A stretch of DNA of 64,000 nucleotides, from assembly GCA_034189385.1 (NCBI GenBank), contig JAXHVD010000005.1, positions 64,001 to 128,000 of the forward strand, given 5' to 3'. The notes below the pieces were generated by a model. The model was not told the DNA's origin and ran no database searches. It saw only the letters and a list, made by a program, of their open reading frames with translations. Both the position numbers and the translations under genes were made by a program. The first letter of the stretch is position 1. Each line of letters starts with the position of its first letter. Source of the stretch: Thermodesulfobacteriota bacterium (lineage in GTDB: Bacteria > Desulfobacterota > Desulfobacteria > Desulfobacterales > C00003060). Shown here one piece after another: positions 50,598 to 61,187 of this stretch.

Positions 50598-50919
50598 ACT
50601 GGGCTGGACCCGCCAGGGCCTGCTGGGGCGGTGGCAGCCCCTTTCAGATTGATCAGGCCAGTGCATCAGGGGGAAGGGACACCCTGTAGCTTGATTTGTA
50701 CAACCTGAGTGGGTCGGTAGGCGGGTGATTCATGTGAATAGCAGAACTGCCTAAAAGACAAGAGGCCATAGAAGACAAAGGGGGGGAAGGAGACAGGAGA
50801 AGGGGCCAGTGCTGTTGTAGGGACCACCGCCACGGGGCGGGGTAAACAGAAAAAAGACGGCGCTTAAAGGTGCCGTCTTTGAGTATTGGAGATTGTTGAT
50901 AGTGGCAGAAGCGAGCTGC

Positions 50920-51105
50920 CTAGTGTTCGCTGGCCGCAGGTTTGGAGCAGGCCTTGGTCGCGACTTTGATGGCCAAGACAAGGAGCAATGCCTCATAGAT
51001 CCATACGGCCACGAAGCTGTGAAAGAAACCATAGATAATTCCACCGCCTATGATGGCAGGGACCCCAAAAACTACAAGGATTCCGATCAGTCTCGCAAGT
51101 TGCAT
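50920..51105 (-). CDS. Small 2-TM membrane protein downstream of qrcD
   Basis: GAGGAG RBS, two hydrophobic helices, terminator-like hairpin at ~50850-50880. Confidence 0.65.
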   Translation of the reverse strand: MQLARLIGILVVFGVPAIIGGGIIYGFFHSFVAVWIYEALLLVLAIKVATKACSKPAASEH

Positions 51106-51322
51106 ATTATACTCTCCTCGGCTGTCCCGAATGGGCTTCCAATCAATGATGTTCCTCTTCTTTCCCCTTCTTGCAGATCAAGTCCAGGAAAGCACGAATG
51201 CCAGCATAGTGTATTAGGATCACAAGGCCTAACAAAACCGCGTAAAGGGCGCCCATGAAAACATAGCGCGTTGGCTCAACGACCCATTCAAAAGCAAAAG
51301 GAAACATAGCCGCTTCTTCCTC

Positions 51323-52582
51323 CTATGTTGGATTTAACTCCCTCTCTTGGGAAAAGATGGGAAGATATCGGTACGAGAGGGAAATGAAGATCGCCCCTAG
51401 CCAAAGCCACATCAGTGTGCTTGCCCACTCCACCCAGTTGGGATGGTAGCCCACAGCCTTGTCAAAGGGCATGACGGGCAGCACCAAGGTCTGCACTGTC
51501 ATGATCCACCGATTCATGAAGATCCCCGTACAGTTCAAAAGACAGGCCAGGAGCAAGAAGAAGTCATTCTGTCGCCACTCCTTCTTGAGCAAGATGACCA
51601 GGGGAATGTATCCAAAAATGCCAATTTCGGCGATCAAGACCCAAATGCCGTATGGGGCAGTGGAATAGAAGCTCTTAAAAGGTGCGCCTACCTTGGCAGC
51701 GGTGCTGATCCAGTAGAGGGTGTCAAGGGTTTTCAAGACCAGGTAGACCAGCAACATCCTGCCGGAGATCTTGGCAAGAATATCTATAACATTTCTCTTC
51801 ACCAGCTGTTTTCTGGCAAATCCTTCCGTAATGCGGGTAATGAGGATGGTGAAGCAAGGGCCGCAGGCCATGGCCGAAAGAATAAAAAGGAAGAAGGTCC
51901 AGGGCCAAATCAGCAACCCTTCGCGATAGGCAAAGGGCCTACCGTAAAGGACGCCAGGGACGCCGCCCAGAGAGCCTTGGTGAAAGCAAGAAAGGAAAAC
52001 GCCGATGGCCGCGATCGTGGGCATGGCGCCATGCAGATGGTGTGCCATGCCGTGAAAGAAACCAAGCTTGTTTATCTGACGATTCTCCAAAAGCAGCGGC
52101 AGGTACTCTACACAGAGCACGGAAAAGTAGCAGGTGATACAAAAGGCCACCTCTGTGAGCATAGAGTGGACATTGGCATGCCAGAAGATGAACCAACCCC
52201 TCAAGGGCTGCCCGATGTCTACTCCCAAGATACCCTGGGCGGCCAAATAGCAGATGAAGCCGATGACGACGGCAAAATTGACAATATGCTTAAGGTCGTC
52301 TATGTCGAGAACATACCGCAAGAAACCGGTGAAGAAAGCACCGCCTCCCAAGGCGATGACGCCCAAGTCTGCCGCGATCCAAAGGCCAAAGGGGAAATTG
52401 TTGTTCAGATAGGTCACATTGAGTGCCAAGCCCCAGCACATGAGGTAGCTGAGGACACCTATCATCAGCGGACCATGCAAAAGGGCCATCCAGAAAAGAA
52501 ACCATTTCAACTGGCACCGTTTCACACCCTCTGGGATCAATGCAGAATCAAATGGGACTGTTGCAGAATCCATAACAGACAC
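51323..52582 (-). CDS. qrcD: QrcD quinone-interacting membrane subunit
   Basis: NrfD family; FGLWIAADL, DIGQPLR, FHQGSLGG. Confidence 0.92.
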   Translation of the reverse strand: MSVMDSATVPFDSALIPEGVKRCQLKWFLFWMALLHGPLMIGVLSYLMCWGLALNVTYLNNNFPFGLWIAADLGVIALGGGAFFTGFLRYVLDIDDLKHIVNFAVVIGFICYLAAQGILGVDIGQPLRGWFIFWHANVHSMLTEVAFCITCYFSVLCVEYLPLLLENRQINKLGFFHGMAHHLHGAMPTIAAIGVFLSCFHQGSLGGVPGVLYGRPFAYREGLLIWPWTFFLFILSAMACGPCFTILITRITEGFARKQLVKRNVIDILAKISGRMLLVYLVLKTLDTLYWISTAAKVGAPFKSFYSTAPYGIWVLIAEIGIFGYIPLVILLKKEWRQNDFFLLLACLLNCTGIFMNRWIMTVQTLVLPVMPFDKAVGYHPNWVEWASTLMWLWLGAIFISLSYRYLPIFSQERELNPT

Positions 52583-52600
52583 TCCTTCTAAGATTAAGGG

Positions 52601-53431
52601 CTAGCCGGGAAATACGTCCTTTCCTTCTTCACCCATGTAAACATCGGCGGCCTTTCGGACCCAATCCCTTTGGGAAAGATAATAGACCTTGGGATTGGTG
52701 CCCAGTTTCTCCAAAAGTCGGAAGGCATAAGGGCTGTCTTTGAGTTTGTGGACCTTGTGCTCTGGGTTCTGTAAATCCCCAAACGTGATGGCCCCTGCAG
52801 GACAGGCCTGCGTGCAGGCGGTCTGATACTCATCCTCGCGGAGCTCGCGGCGCCCCTCGGCATAGGCCTTGTTTCTGGCCCGCTGGAAACGATGGAAGCA
52901 GAAGCTGCACTTCTCCACCACCCCCCGCATGCGAGGCGACACGTCAGGGTTCAAATATTTTTCCATCCCCTTTGGCCACCGTGCGTCCCACCAATTGAAA
53001 ACCCGCACGTGGTAGGGGCATGCAGCCATGCAGTACCGGCAGCCAAAACAGCGTGTATAGATCTGGCTTACGATACCCGTTTCCTCACTGTAATCTGTGG
53101 CCGTTGCCGGACACACGGACACGCAAGGCGTTGCGGCATGATGGCCGTGCCCCTCGCAGTGTTGGCACGGCCTGGGTATATAGGAGATCTCTGTGTCCGG
53201 AAATGGGAGGCCATTGGATATCTTGTAAACCCGCATCCAGAAATTTTGGGTTAATCTGTTGTTCGTGTCCTCTTTCCTGAAGGGTATGTTGTTTTCTGCC
53301 ATACAGGCCACCATGCAGGCCCCACAACCTGTACATTTGTCCAGATCAATAACCATACCAAACTTGTACTTCGTTCCGTGTCCGTGACCTTCTTCGTGTC
53401 CATGTCCTTCGTCGTGATGTGCCTCTTTCAT
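52601..53431 (-). CDS. qrcC: QrcC Fe-S subunit
   Basis: CTGCGAC, PCQHC, CFGCRYC, KCSFC. Confidence 0.92.
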   Translation of the reverse strand: MKEAHHDEGHGHEEGHGHGTKYKFGMVIDLDKCTGCGACMVACMAENNIPFRKEDTNNRLTQNFWMRVYKISNGLPFPDTEISYIPRPCQHCEGHGHHAATPCVSVCPATATDYSEETGIVSQIYTRCFGCRYCMAACPYHVRVFNWWDARWPKGMEKYLNPDVSPRMRGVVEKCSFCFHRFQRARNKAYAEGRRELREDEYQTACTQACPAGAITFGDLQNPEHKVHKLKDSPYAFRLLEKLGTNPKVYYLSQRDWVRKAADVYMGEEGKDVFPG

Positions 53432-53451
53432 GGTTTCCCCTTCTTAGATGA

Positions 53452-55764
53452 TTAAGCCCTGGTCAGCTTGGCCCGAATGCCCCACGTGGCGCACAGGCCA
53501 GAGACGGGATCTTCCACAACACCCATGAGGCTGTTTGCGTTAACACCTTTGCCTGCCAAGTAGTCATCATAGGCCTGATGACCTAACCCCTTGGGAATGC
53601 CAACGACTCCTGGCATGATGCCCTCAAAGAGATGGACCAGGACTTGGGCCTTTCCTCTGGGTGTTTCGAGTATGGCAGGCTGACCTTCAGAAAGGCCATG
53701 GTCGCCAGCTGTCTTGGGATTGACTTCCACAAACAGCTCATCGCCTTTCAATTCGGTCTCTTCCAGTGTCTTTATGCAAAAGGGCGGATTCCCGACGGCG
53801 CCGTCAGCCAACCGCATCAATTCCGTGGGAATCAAGGTTAGCGGATAAGCGGCAGGATCTCCCTCTGGCTCTAACGGCTCATAATGAGGGAGATAATCTT
53901 GGTCTTCCTTCATCTTCATGCCCGCCTGGTCAAAGGCCGTGACGTAAAACTCAAACTTGCGAGAGGCCGTCTGGAAAGCCTTTCCCCATGCAGGAGGCTC
54001 GTACCCCTTTTCTTCCACATAGCCCGTCTCCTGGAGGGTATCCCATTTGTCTCCCATGGTTTCCTCTAGCAAGGCCTCATAGCTTTCCCAGGCAAAGGCC
54101 TCTGACATGGACCCGCCTAGGTCCCTGCCAATTTCCATGATCACATCGCCCACATGCCTTGTGTTAAACTGAGGAGACACTGCCGGTCTGAGCAAGGCCA
54201 GCACAGGGTTCCTCAATCCAACAGGGGTGGGACAATCCTCCCATCGCTCCAGATAGTGATGATTAGGAAGGATGAGATCTGCCTGGTTAGCCGTTTCGTC
54301 AAAATAAGTGGAAAAACTGACCACAAATGGAATGCGGTCAAAGGCTTCAGCCACCGCTGCACTGTCCAACGTCGTATAGTAAGGATCGGCCTCGTGTACC
54401 AAAAGGGCCTCAATAGCACCGCCATTTTGTCCATTAATAATTTGAGGCAGTCGATCCGGGAGATATCTAGTCAACGGGTATTGGCCACTGCCCGCGCCAT
54501 CCACACGGGGCATTCGATTGCCGGCTATCGCCACGTTATCCTGAGGCACTTCCGGCCATTGTCTGGTCGCTAATTGAGGGCGGGCAGAAACTCCTCCCCG
54601 CTTGTTGATGTTGCCTACCAAGGCGTTGAGCGCATGGACAGCCATGCACTCGTAAAGGCTTCCCGACGTGGTTCCCTTGCCCCGTCCCCATACCGCCAAG
54701 GGGTGCTTGGCTTTTGCAAAGGCCAAGGCAAGGCTGACGATCTTGGAGCCCGGAATGCCCGTGATCTTGGATACGGCGTCAGGATTGTACTCGTTCAAGA
54801 CCAACTCCTTGAAACCCATGCACGTTTTGCCAGCAAAAGCACAATTTTCAAACCCAAAGGCGTGTTTCTCTATGAAGTTGGAGTCATAGAGGCTTTCCTT
54901 AATGATGACATGGGCCAGCCCCAGAGCCAAGGCCCCCTCTGTTCCGGGATTGATGGCAATCCACTGGTCCGCCTTACCAGCTGTGTTGGAAAGGCGCGGT
55001 TCAATCTGAACCACCGTAGCCCTTTCATTGGCATTTCCACTACGCCATATGCTGTGGGCCTGAATCACACGCACGGGCGATCCCCAACCTTCTATAAGAC
55101 CACAGCCGAAACTCAAGATGAAGTCTGCACCTTCCAGGTCATAGGCCCTTGAAGCAGCTACGCCCTCCATGAGGCCCGTGGCCAATTCGTATGTATCCTC
55201 GGAAGACGTCGTGCATATAAAATTGGGAGATCCATAGGAACTTAGAAAACGGTCAAACAGCTGCGCCACCGTTCCCTGGTCCGACCCGAGCACACAAGCA
55301 ACCTTGTGGGCCTGGCCATTGTTGCGCAAATCGCCGAGCTTTCCGACGACTTCCCCTATGGCAGCTTCCCAGGATATCTTCTCCCACTTCCCTGCACCCC
55401 GTTTCCCAACGCGTTTCATGGGAGCCGGCACGCGCCAAGGTCCGTACAGGAGCTGAAGGCCTGCTGTCCCGAGGACACAGATACCGCCGTCGTTGACTGG
55501 ATACCCCACCCTGCCTTCAATCTTGGTGGCGCGATCTTCAACTTTGCGAACCGTGATACCACAACCCCCGGGGCACAGTTTGCAGATGGTGTCTGCCTGT
55601 GTGACTGCTCCCCGATCAGGCACCGGCACCCAAGGCCAGTTCTGGGTCCAGATGGCCATATCATCCATCAATTTCCAGTTAACAGGCGTAGCCATAAAAC
55701 CGGCCCCGGCCCCGGCCGCGAATCCCACTGCCAGCTCAATAAAAGTTCTTCTGCCCAGTTTCAT
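53452..55764 (-). CDS. qrcB: QrcB molybdopterin-oxidoreductase-like subunit
   Basis: Tat signal GRRTFI, WTQNWPW, CKLCPGGC; DMSO-reductase-family motifs. Confidence 0.92.
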   Translation of the reverse strand: MKLGRRTFIELAVGFAAGAGAGFMATPVNWKLMDDMAIWTQNWPWVPVPDRGAVTQADTICKLCPGGCGITVRKVEDRATKIEGRVGYPVNDGGICVLGTAGLQLLYGPWRVPAPMKRVGKRGAGKWEKISWEAAIGEVVGKLGDLRNNGQAHKVACVLGSDQGTVAQLFDRFLSSYGSPNFICTTSSEDTYELATGLMEGVAASRAYDLEGADFILSFGCGLIEGWGSPVRVIQAHSIWRSGNANERATVVQIEPRLSNTAGKADQWIAINPGTEGALALGLAHVIIKESLYDSNFIEKHAFGFENCAFAGKTCMGFKELVLNEYNPDAVSKITGIPGSKIVSLALAFAKAKHPLAVWGRGKGTTSGSLYECMAVHALNALVGNINKRGGVSARPQLATRQWPEVPQDNVAIAGNRMPRVDGAGSGQYPLTRYLPDRLPQIINGQNGGAIEALLVHEADPYYTTLDSAAVAEAFDRIPFVVSFSTYFDETANQADLILPNHHYLERWEDCPTPVGLRNPVLALLRPAVSPQFNTRHVGDVIMEIGRDLGGSMSEAFAWESYEALLEETMGDKWDTLQETGYVEEKGYEPPAWGKAFQTASRKFEFYVTAFDQAGMKMKEDQDYLPHYEPLEPEGDPAAYPLTLIPTELMRLADGAVGNPPFCIKTLEETELKGDELFVEVNPKTAGDHGLSEGQPAILETPRGKAQVLVHLFEGIMPGVVGIPKGLGHQAYDDYLAGKGVNANSLMGVVEDPVSGLCATWGIRAKLTRA

Positions 55765-55809
55765 ACGTTTTCCCCTTGTGCGTCTCTGAAAAGGACTCTG
55801 TCCTATAAC

Positions 55810-56574
55810 CTACTTGTGGCAAACAAAGCAGGCATCCCTGTAGCCCTTGCCCTTGTGACCCTCGTGGCACTCTGCACAGTCATCCATCTTCATGCGAGCA
55901 GGCTCAAGGTCTCCCGCCTCGGCCAAATCATCTCTATTCAATCGCTCCCAGCCGCTCTCGGCCATACCAGCAATATTCCAGCCCCAAATATCACGACTAT
56001 ACTTGGTGAGGCGGTTGTACTGGTAGGGCCGTGTGTGTTTCGAATCCCCCATGGATCCGTGACAAATCAGGCATTCGATTTCTGCCATATTGACGTGGGC
56101 CGCATGAGAGAAAAAGACGCAGACAGGCTGGCGGGAATAGATCAACCACGGGATCTCTTTACCGGGTTCAACATATTCCGCAACAAACTTGGCCTCTTCA
56201 GGATTCTCTCCCATGGCCTCTTCGTGACACTCGAGACAGTTGTCAAGTTTGGGGACCCCTGAGAAGCTCCCGTCTTCACGGAAATAGTGACAGCCTTCAC
56301 ACTCGCCCAATTCTTCTACGTGAAGTTGATGGTTAAAATCAATGGGCTGTTCTTTCTCAGCATAAAGGAGGACCGGAAGGGCCACCCACCCCACAACAAA
56401 GTGCGACACAAACCCGACGAAAAACGCGGCCAGAGGAATGAGAAATCGCCATGTCCCTGGCTCTACAGGTTCGCCCTTTGCCTCACCTTGGGCATGTTCT
56501 TCGGCTTGCTCCTCGCTTGCTTCTTCTTGCTCACCCGCGGCTACCGTTTGGTCTTTTTCTTCTTCTGCACTCAT
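55810..56574 (-). CDS. qrcA: QrcA membrane-anchored multiheme cytochrome c (5 CXXCH)
   Basis: QPIDFNH, VFFSH, YSRDIWG, five CXXCH. Confidence 0.92.
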   Translation of the reverse strand: MSAEEEKDQTVAAGEQEEASEEQAEEHAQGEAKGEPVEPGTWRFLIPLAAFFVGFVSHFVVGWVALPVLLYAEKEQPIDFNHQLHVEELGECEGCHYFREDGSFSGVPKLDNCLECHEEAMGENPEEAKFVAEYVEPGKEIPWLIYSRQPVCVFFSHAAHVNMAEIECLICHGSMGDSKHTRPYQYNRLTKYSRDIWGWNIAGMAESGWERLNRDDLAEAGDLEPARMKMDDCAECHEGHKGKGYRDACFVCHK

Positions 56575-56926
56575 GGAGACTCCATATCATTTAGTTTTAG
56601 AGCCTGAAAACGGCACGTCCACTCACATGCCAGGCCTTTACATGACGACCGCCAACGCTGCAAGCTACCCCCGTTGCAGTAACACGTGCATTTTGAAATC
56701 TTGCCGCTCTGTTGGGGTAAGGACTTGCGCTAAAAAACAGTCAGACGAGACTATAATGGTTGAAAAAATCACGGCTTGTGCCACCGAGACATCGTGTCCC
56801 CTTTACCCTGAAGTCCTCATTTTGTCAAGGAAAAATCACGGCAAAACCAGAAAGCTGAAGCCTTTTGCTTCTGACTAAAGGCTGGGGCACAACCAAAGAC
56901 GGACCACAGGGAATCGACTGGAATTC

Positions 56927-57343
56927 CTACGGAAGCTTTCGGTTCAGGAAGAGGTAGAGAACCACTTGGATTGACTCTAGGAAAAAACCAAAGGCATAAA
57001 GGGCGGCATGCTTGTAGAATACAAATTGCATGGCAAACAAGGCGGCTGCCAGTAGCAAAGATACCTGGAGCACCCTTACATAGAGTCGGGCCTGAAGTGG
57101 CCTTCGCGCTGCTGAAAAGGCAAGAAAGGCACGGGTTCCGGGAACGCTTACTGCCAGAGAGTACCAGAACTTCTCGATGGGGAAAAACACCATAGGCCAG
57201 TTGAACCGAGCAAAGGCCTTGTTTGCCATGAGAATAGGATAGTCGGGATTTACCACAAAAAGCACGGCCACTGCCACGTAGATCATAGCCATTGTCTCAA
57301 GACACCACTGGACCCCTTTCAAAGGAAGCTCATGGGATGACAC
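56927..57343 (-). CDS. Hypothetical 4-TM membrane protein
   Basis: Hydrophobic helices; RBS before GTG start. Confidence 0.65.
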   Translation of the reverse strand: MSSHELPLKGVQWCLETMAMIYVAVAVLFVVNPDYPILMANKAFARFNWPMVFFPIEKFWYSLAVSVPGTRAFLAFSAARRPLQARLYVRVLQVSLLLAAALFAMQFVFYKHAALYAFGFFLESIQVVLYLFLNRKLP

Positions 57344-57398
57344 GGCACCTCTATCCTTTCTTTACCAGGCTCTTGCCCAATGGCGGTGACAGCCCCTA

Positions 57399-58145
57399 TT
57401 AAGATTCGGCCATCTTTTCAAGGAGGTCTCTTTTCAGGGCATCAAGGTCTTCCCGGTTAATGCGAGCGCCTTTCATGCCGCCGTTAAGGGCGATTTCAGA
57501 CAAATAGCTCTCGCCTTTTACAGTGACCAGCAAATCAATGTGGGCGTAAGGGAACTTTCCCCGCTCCATCACCTCACGGCACAGAGCAAGCTGATCTTTT
57601 CCCAAGTCGTAGGGCCTGCTCGTCCCACCTGCCGTCAGGTTCATCCTGAAGTTGTGCAGGTTCTCTCGGATGTAGGCGTCCACATAGCCCCCTGCAATAA
57701 TGGCCCGCACATCCGTGTAGTTTTCCAGAAAGGGCTGTACCACAAAGGGATACAAGATGGCATTGAAGGAGGCTTGGTTGTATACGGCCTCCAGGTTGTC
57801 CCACCGGTGTACGCCGAATCCGCAGTGTCGGCTGTCCTCTTTGGTAACCACTGCACCAATACCGTGCTCATTGTAGGCGTTGATACCGTGCATGAGGTCC
57901 GCCCGTCTTGTGATGATCAGCGTATGAGGAACCATCCACGGCCGAAAGGCAAGGGCCTGGGCCACCTTTGATCCGGCCAGGCTTTGGGAAAGGGCAGAAG
58001 GAAAAAACCGAACCCCTCTTTCTATCAGGTCCACGAAGATACGACGCCTGAGGTGTTTAAAGCCGAGGACGCCTATGAAACAGTCCCCGGCCTTTAGCTC
58101 ATGGTATCGCTTTTTTAGCTCCATATTTTTTCGAAGGATCATCAC
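57399..58145 (-). CDS. RimK-like ATP-grasp protein
   Basis: VVQPFL..YTDVR, NFRMNLTAGG, AHIDLL, YLSEI. Confidence 0.8.
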   Translation of the reverse strand: MMILRKNMELKKRYHELKAGDCFIGVLGFKHLRRRIFVDLIERGVRFFPSALSQSLAGSKVAQALAFRPWMVPHTLIITRRADLMHGINAYNEHGIGAVVTKEDSRHCGFGVHRWDNLEAVYNQASFNAILYPFVVQPFLENYTDVRAIIAGGYVDAYIRENLHNFRMNLTAGGTSRPYDLGKDQLALCREVMERGKFPYAHIDLLVTVKGESYLSEIALNGGMKGARINREDLDALKRDLLEKMAES

Positions 58146-58381
58146 CTTAGATGTATCTTCCTAGTTCCGCGTCAATACTCGCCTCTTTTTGCTCCAAATC
58201 TGGCCAGGAGCCTCTGGCGGGGCGGGTGTCATGAGGCATACTGGTCTTATCGATGCTGGCAAGAGAACACCAGAGAGATGGCGTCGTAGCCAAGCAAATC
58301 CATTAAGCATCTCGCATGGAGTATCCGTTCCAATCGTCGTGATCTTTCAGGATGCATGCCATTTCGTATTCGAACTCAGAG

Positions 58382-59332
58382 TCATTTGCCGGAACCGTTT
58401 TCCCTGCCTTCCAAAGCGAGCTCGATAAGTCGATCCAAAAGCTGGCTGAACGAGATGCCTGCTGCCTTGGCTGCCAATGGGAAGAGGCTTACCGGCGTCA
58501 TTCCAGGAATGGTGTTTGTTTCCAAGACGTAAATGGTCTCGCCACCAATAATCATGTCGGTCCTGCTATATCCCCGGCAGCACAGGGTCCTGTGGGCCGT
58601 GGCAGCATAAGATCGGGCACGCTCAGAGAGGGTATCGCTAATAGGGGCGGGACAGATCTCTCGGGTAGCCCCTTTCTTGTACTTTGCCTCGTAGTCAAAG
58701 AATGTATAGTGGGATTCAGGAACAATCTCCACAATGGGGAGCACCTCGAGGTCGTAGTTGCCGAGAACGCTGCCTGTGATCTCCGTACCCTTCAGGTAAC
58801 GCTCGACGATCACATGGGGCCCCTGTGCAAAGGCCCTGTCAAGGGCCTCGTCCAGCAGTGGCGCACTTTCCACGATACTTGTGCCAATGCTCGATCCTCC
58901 ATAGCGTGGCTTCACGACCAGGGGATATCCGGGATTCTCTGCCAAGGCTTCTGTGTCATAGGAGTGCCCTTTGGTGAGAACACAAAAGGGTGGTACAGAA
59001 AGGCCCGCTTCTTTGTACAACCGCTTGGAGGTCCATTTGTCCATTGCCAGAGCACTTCCCAGTACGCCTGAGCCCTGGTAGGGGATATTGAGCAGATCGA
59101 GAAGCCCCTGAACCGTTCCGTCCTCGCCATAAGGGCCATGAAGCACGATGAGGGCTACATCAATGCTGGACGCGTTGGTTACAAGTTCTCCTAGGTCCGT
59201 AGCGGGGTCATAACGTGTGATGCCGTACTTGGTGTTGTCTAGGGCGTCGTAAACCTGATCACCACTTTTGATGGAGACTTCGCGCTCAGAGGAGATACCA
59301 CCTGAAAGGAGGGCCACATTCAGCTTTGTCAT
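58382..59332 (-). CDS. ddl: D-alanine--D-alanine ligase
   Basis: GGISSEREVS, LHGPYGEDG, GSS, FDYEAKY, ETNTIPGMT. Confidence 0.96.
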   Translation of the reverse strand: MTKLNVALLSGGISSEREVSIKSGDQVYDALDNTKYGITRYDPATDLGELVTNASSIDVALIVLHGPYGEDGTVQGLLDLLNIPYQGSGVLGSALAMDKWTSKRLYKEAGLSVPPFCVLTKGHSYDTEALAENPGYPLVVKPRYGGSSIGTSIVESAPLLDEALDRAFAQGPHVIVERYLKGTEITGSVLGNYDLEVLPIVEIVPESHYTFFDYEAKYKKGATREICPAPISDTLSERARSYAATAHRTLCCRGYSRTDMIIGGETIYVLETNTIPGMTPVSLFPLAAKAAGISFSQLLDRLIELALEGRENGSGK

Positions 59333-59823
59333 TGCCCCATGAGTTCCTTCTTGGCCTCCAAGAATTCGTCTATGGAGATGAGATCTTGCTTAAGGAGACG
59401 ACCTAAATTGGCGAGCTGCTCAGAACGATTCACACTCGGGGCCTGGAGTTGTTTGGCGCTGTCTGAGTGGCCTTGTCCAATGGCCAGAGGTTCGTTGGTG
59501 TTGCCCAGTTTGAGGCTTGCAAATCCTCCCAGGAATGAGACCTCTACAGTCCGTCCTTCGAGAACAGGGTCCTTCAGGATGTCTTTCAGTTTTTTCCCTC
59601 GCCGTTTCATATGCTTCCACCACAGATATGCAGACCCGAGGGTCAAAACTCCTCCAGTGGCCAGGATCCAGGGCAAATAGGTAACAACTCCGCCGAACAA
59701 GAGCATGACGATCCCCAAGGCCATGATCAAGATAATGTGGAGGAAGAGGACAAAAAAGGCCAACAGGACACTTCTGAAGTGGCTTTCCTTTGGGTTCAGG
59801 CTGTTGCGTAGCTTATTCATCAT
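59329..59823 (-). CDS. Membrane protein with C-terminal SHOCT-like segment
   Basis: Two TM helices; LGRLLKQDLISIDEFLEAKKEL. Confidence 0.7.
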   Translation of the reverse strand: MMNKLRNSLNPKESHFRSVLLAFFVLFLHIILIMALGIVMLLFGGVVTYLPWILATGGVLTLGSAYLWWKHMKRRGKKLKDILKDPVLEGRTVEVSFLGGFASLKLGNTNEPLAIGQGHSDSAKQLQAPSVNRSEQLANLGRLLKQDLISIDEFLEAKKELMGQ

Positions 59824-60466
59824 TCCACCCCCTGACAGGACATTCGGAACACTTTGGCTTTCTTTTGCTGCAAAAGGTGTGCCCTAGGTGGACAAGGAGT
59901 GCATGGTATTCGTTGAACATGGCAACATCAGGTGCAAGACAGTCCATAAAAAAATCGCGAACCTCATCATAAGACGCCTCTTCGGGCATGAGACGGTGCC
60001 TAAAGAGGATCCTTTTCGTGTAGGCGTCCACAACAAAAGTAGGCTTGTTCCCAGCATAAAGGAGAATGCTGTCCGCCGTTTCCGGCCCCACGCCGTTGAT
60101 GGATAGCAGTTTGCCTCTCAGGGTGTCAAGGTCTCCGGCCAAGAGACGATCAAGATTGCCCCCATCTTCCGTAAAGAGAAAATCTAAGAAGTGCTTCAGA
60201 CGCCGGGCCTTTATGTTGTAATAACCTGCCGGCCTGATGACGGCTGCCAGATCTTCAACTGGAAGATGCTGAAGGGCCTCTGGGGAAAGGAGGTTTGCCG
60301 TTTTCAGGTTCCTGATGGCCTTTTCCACATTTCGCCAGGCCGTGTTCTGTGTCAGGATGGCGCCAATACTGATTTCAAAGGCAGAGTCTCCCGGCCACCA
60401 ATGGCGCGGGCCAAAGGCCTTGTAAAGCCTGTTGTAGAGATCCAGTAGAGTCCTTTTTCTGTCCAA
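59813..60466 (-). CDS. Endonuclease III-related HhH-GPD protein
   Basis: GAILTQNT, GVGPETAD, VVDAY, C-terminal Cys cluster. Confidence 0.9.
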   Translation of the reverse strand: MDRKRTLLDLYNRLYKAFGPRHWWPGDSAFEISIGAILTQNTAWRNVEKAIRNLKTANLLSPEALQHLPVEDLAAVIRPAGYYNIKARRLKHFLDFLFTEDGGNLDRLLAGDLDTLRGKLLSINGVGPETADSILLYAGNKPTFVVDAYTKRILFRHRLMPEEASYDEVRDFFMDCLAPDVAMFNEYHALLVHLGHTFCSKRKPKCSECPVRGWNDE

Positions 60467-60524
60467 TTTCTGTCCAACATGACGGTATCACAAGAAGCCT
60501 ATTGTTTTCACCCAACCTCAAGGA

Positions 60525-60893
60525 TCATGGGCCGAAGCGTTCTATCAGCTTCTTCTCATACCGCTGATCCTTTTCAAAGCTGAGATGAGTGCCACGCATG
60601 ACGTTCAGTTTCATGACAAGGAAGTTGAGTTTCTTGATCTGTCGATACTTGGCCTTTGTGTCTTCCATGTCGGCCAAGAGGTCCTCGGTCTTTGCGATTT
60701 CTTTTCTGAGCGAGACCTCAGGGGGGACACAGTTTGCGTTCTTTAACACCTTGTAAGCAACACGAAGATCTTCAGGTATATGAGATTCGTCCTCTAGTTT
60801 CAGGGGTTTTCCAGCCCCAGGAAGGTCCTCAAAAACCCCGTCCCGGACGGCTTGCTGGATACGCTTCTCAGCGATTCTCTGAAAACAGATCAT
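60525..60893 (-). CDS. DUF1992 / DnaJ-family domain protein
   Basis: IAEKRIQQA..G.FEDLPG.GKPL, LKNA. Confidence 0.85.
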   Translation of the reverse strand: MICFQRIAEKRIQQAVRDGVFEDLPGAGKPLKLEDESHIPEDLRVAYKVLKNANCVPPEVSLRKEIAKTEDLLADMEDTKAKYRQIKKLNFLVMKLNVMRGTHLSFEKDQRYEKKLIERFGP

Positions 60894-61187
60894 GAGTGCC
60901 TACAACTTATCGATTCTCTTTAGAAAAGCCACCAATCTGTGACGGGCCCCACATCCCCTATTTCATATATGTTCTCAGCCCATCTTTCAAGGTTTTTTGG
61001 GCTGGCCACCTCATGCCAGCCAAGTCCAAAGGTCAAGACCGGCATGCATTGCGGTACGATCTTGATTGTGCTAAAAGGAGGGGCTGTATTGCTCCTCATT
61101 GCCACGCCACCACTCACGGAGAGAGCAAAAAACACTTTCTGCGAGACTATCAAGACAGTCTCTCAAGCTCGCGAGGATTGGATCGCC

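Noticed and set aside
51443..52591. 382-aa ORF on the + strand
   Set aside because: Antisense to qrcD; shadow frame
55306..56262. 318-aa ORF on the + strand
   Set aside because: Antisense to qrcA/qrcB; no motifs
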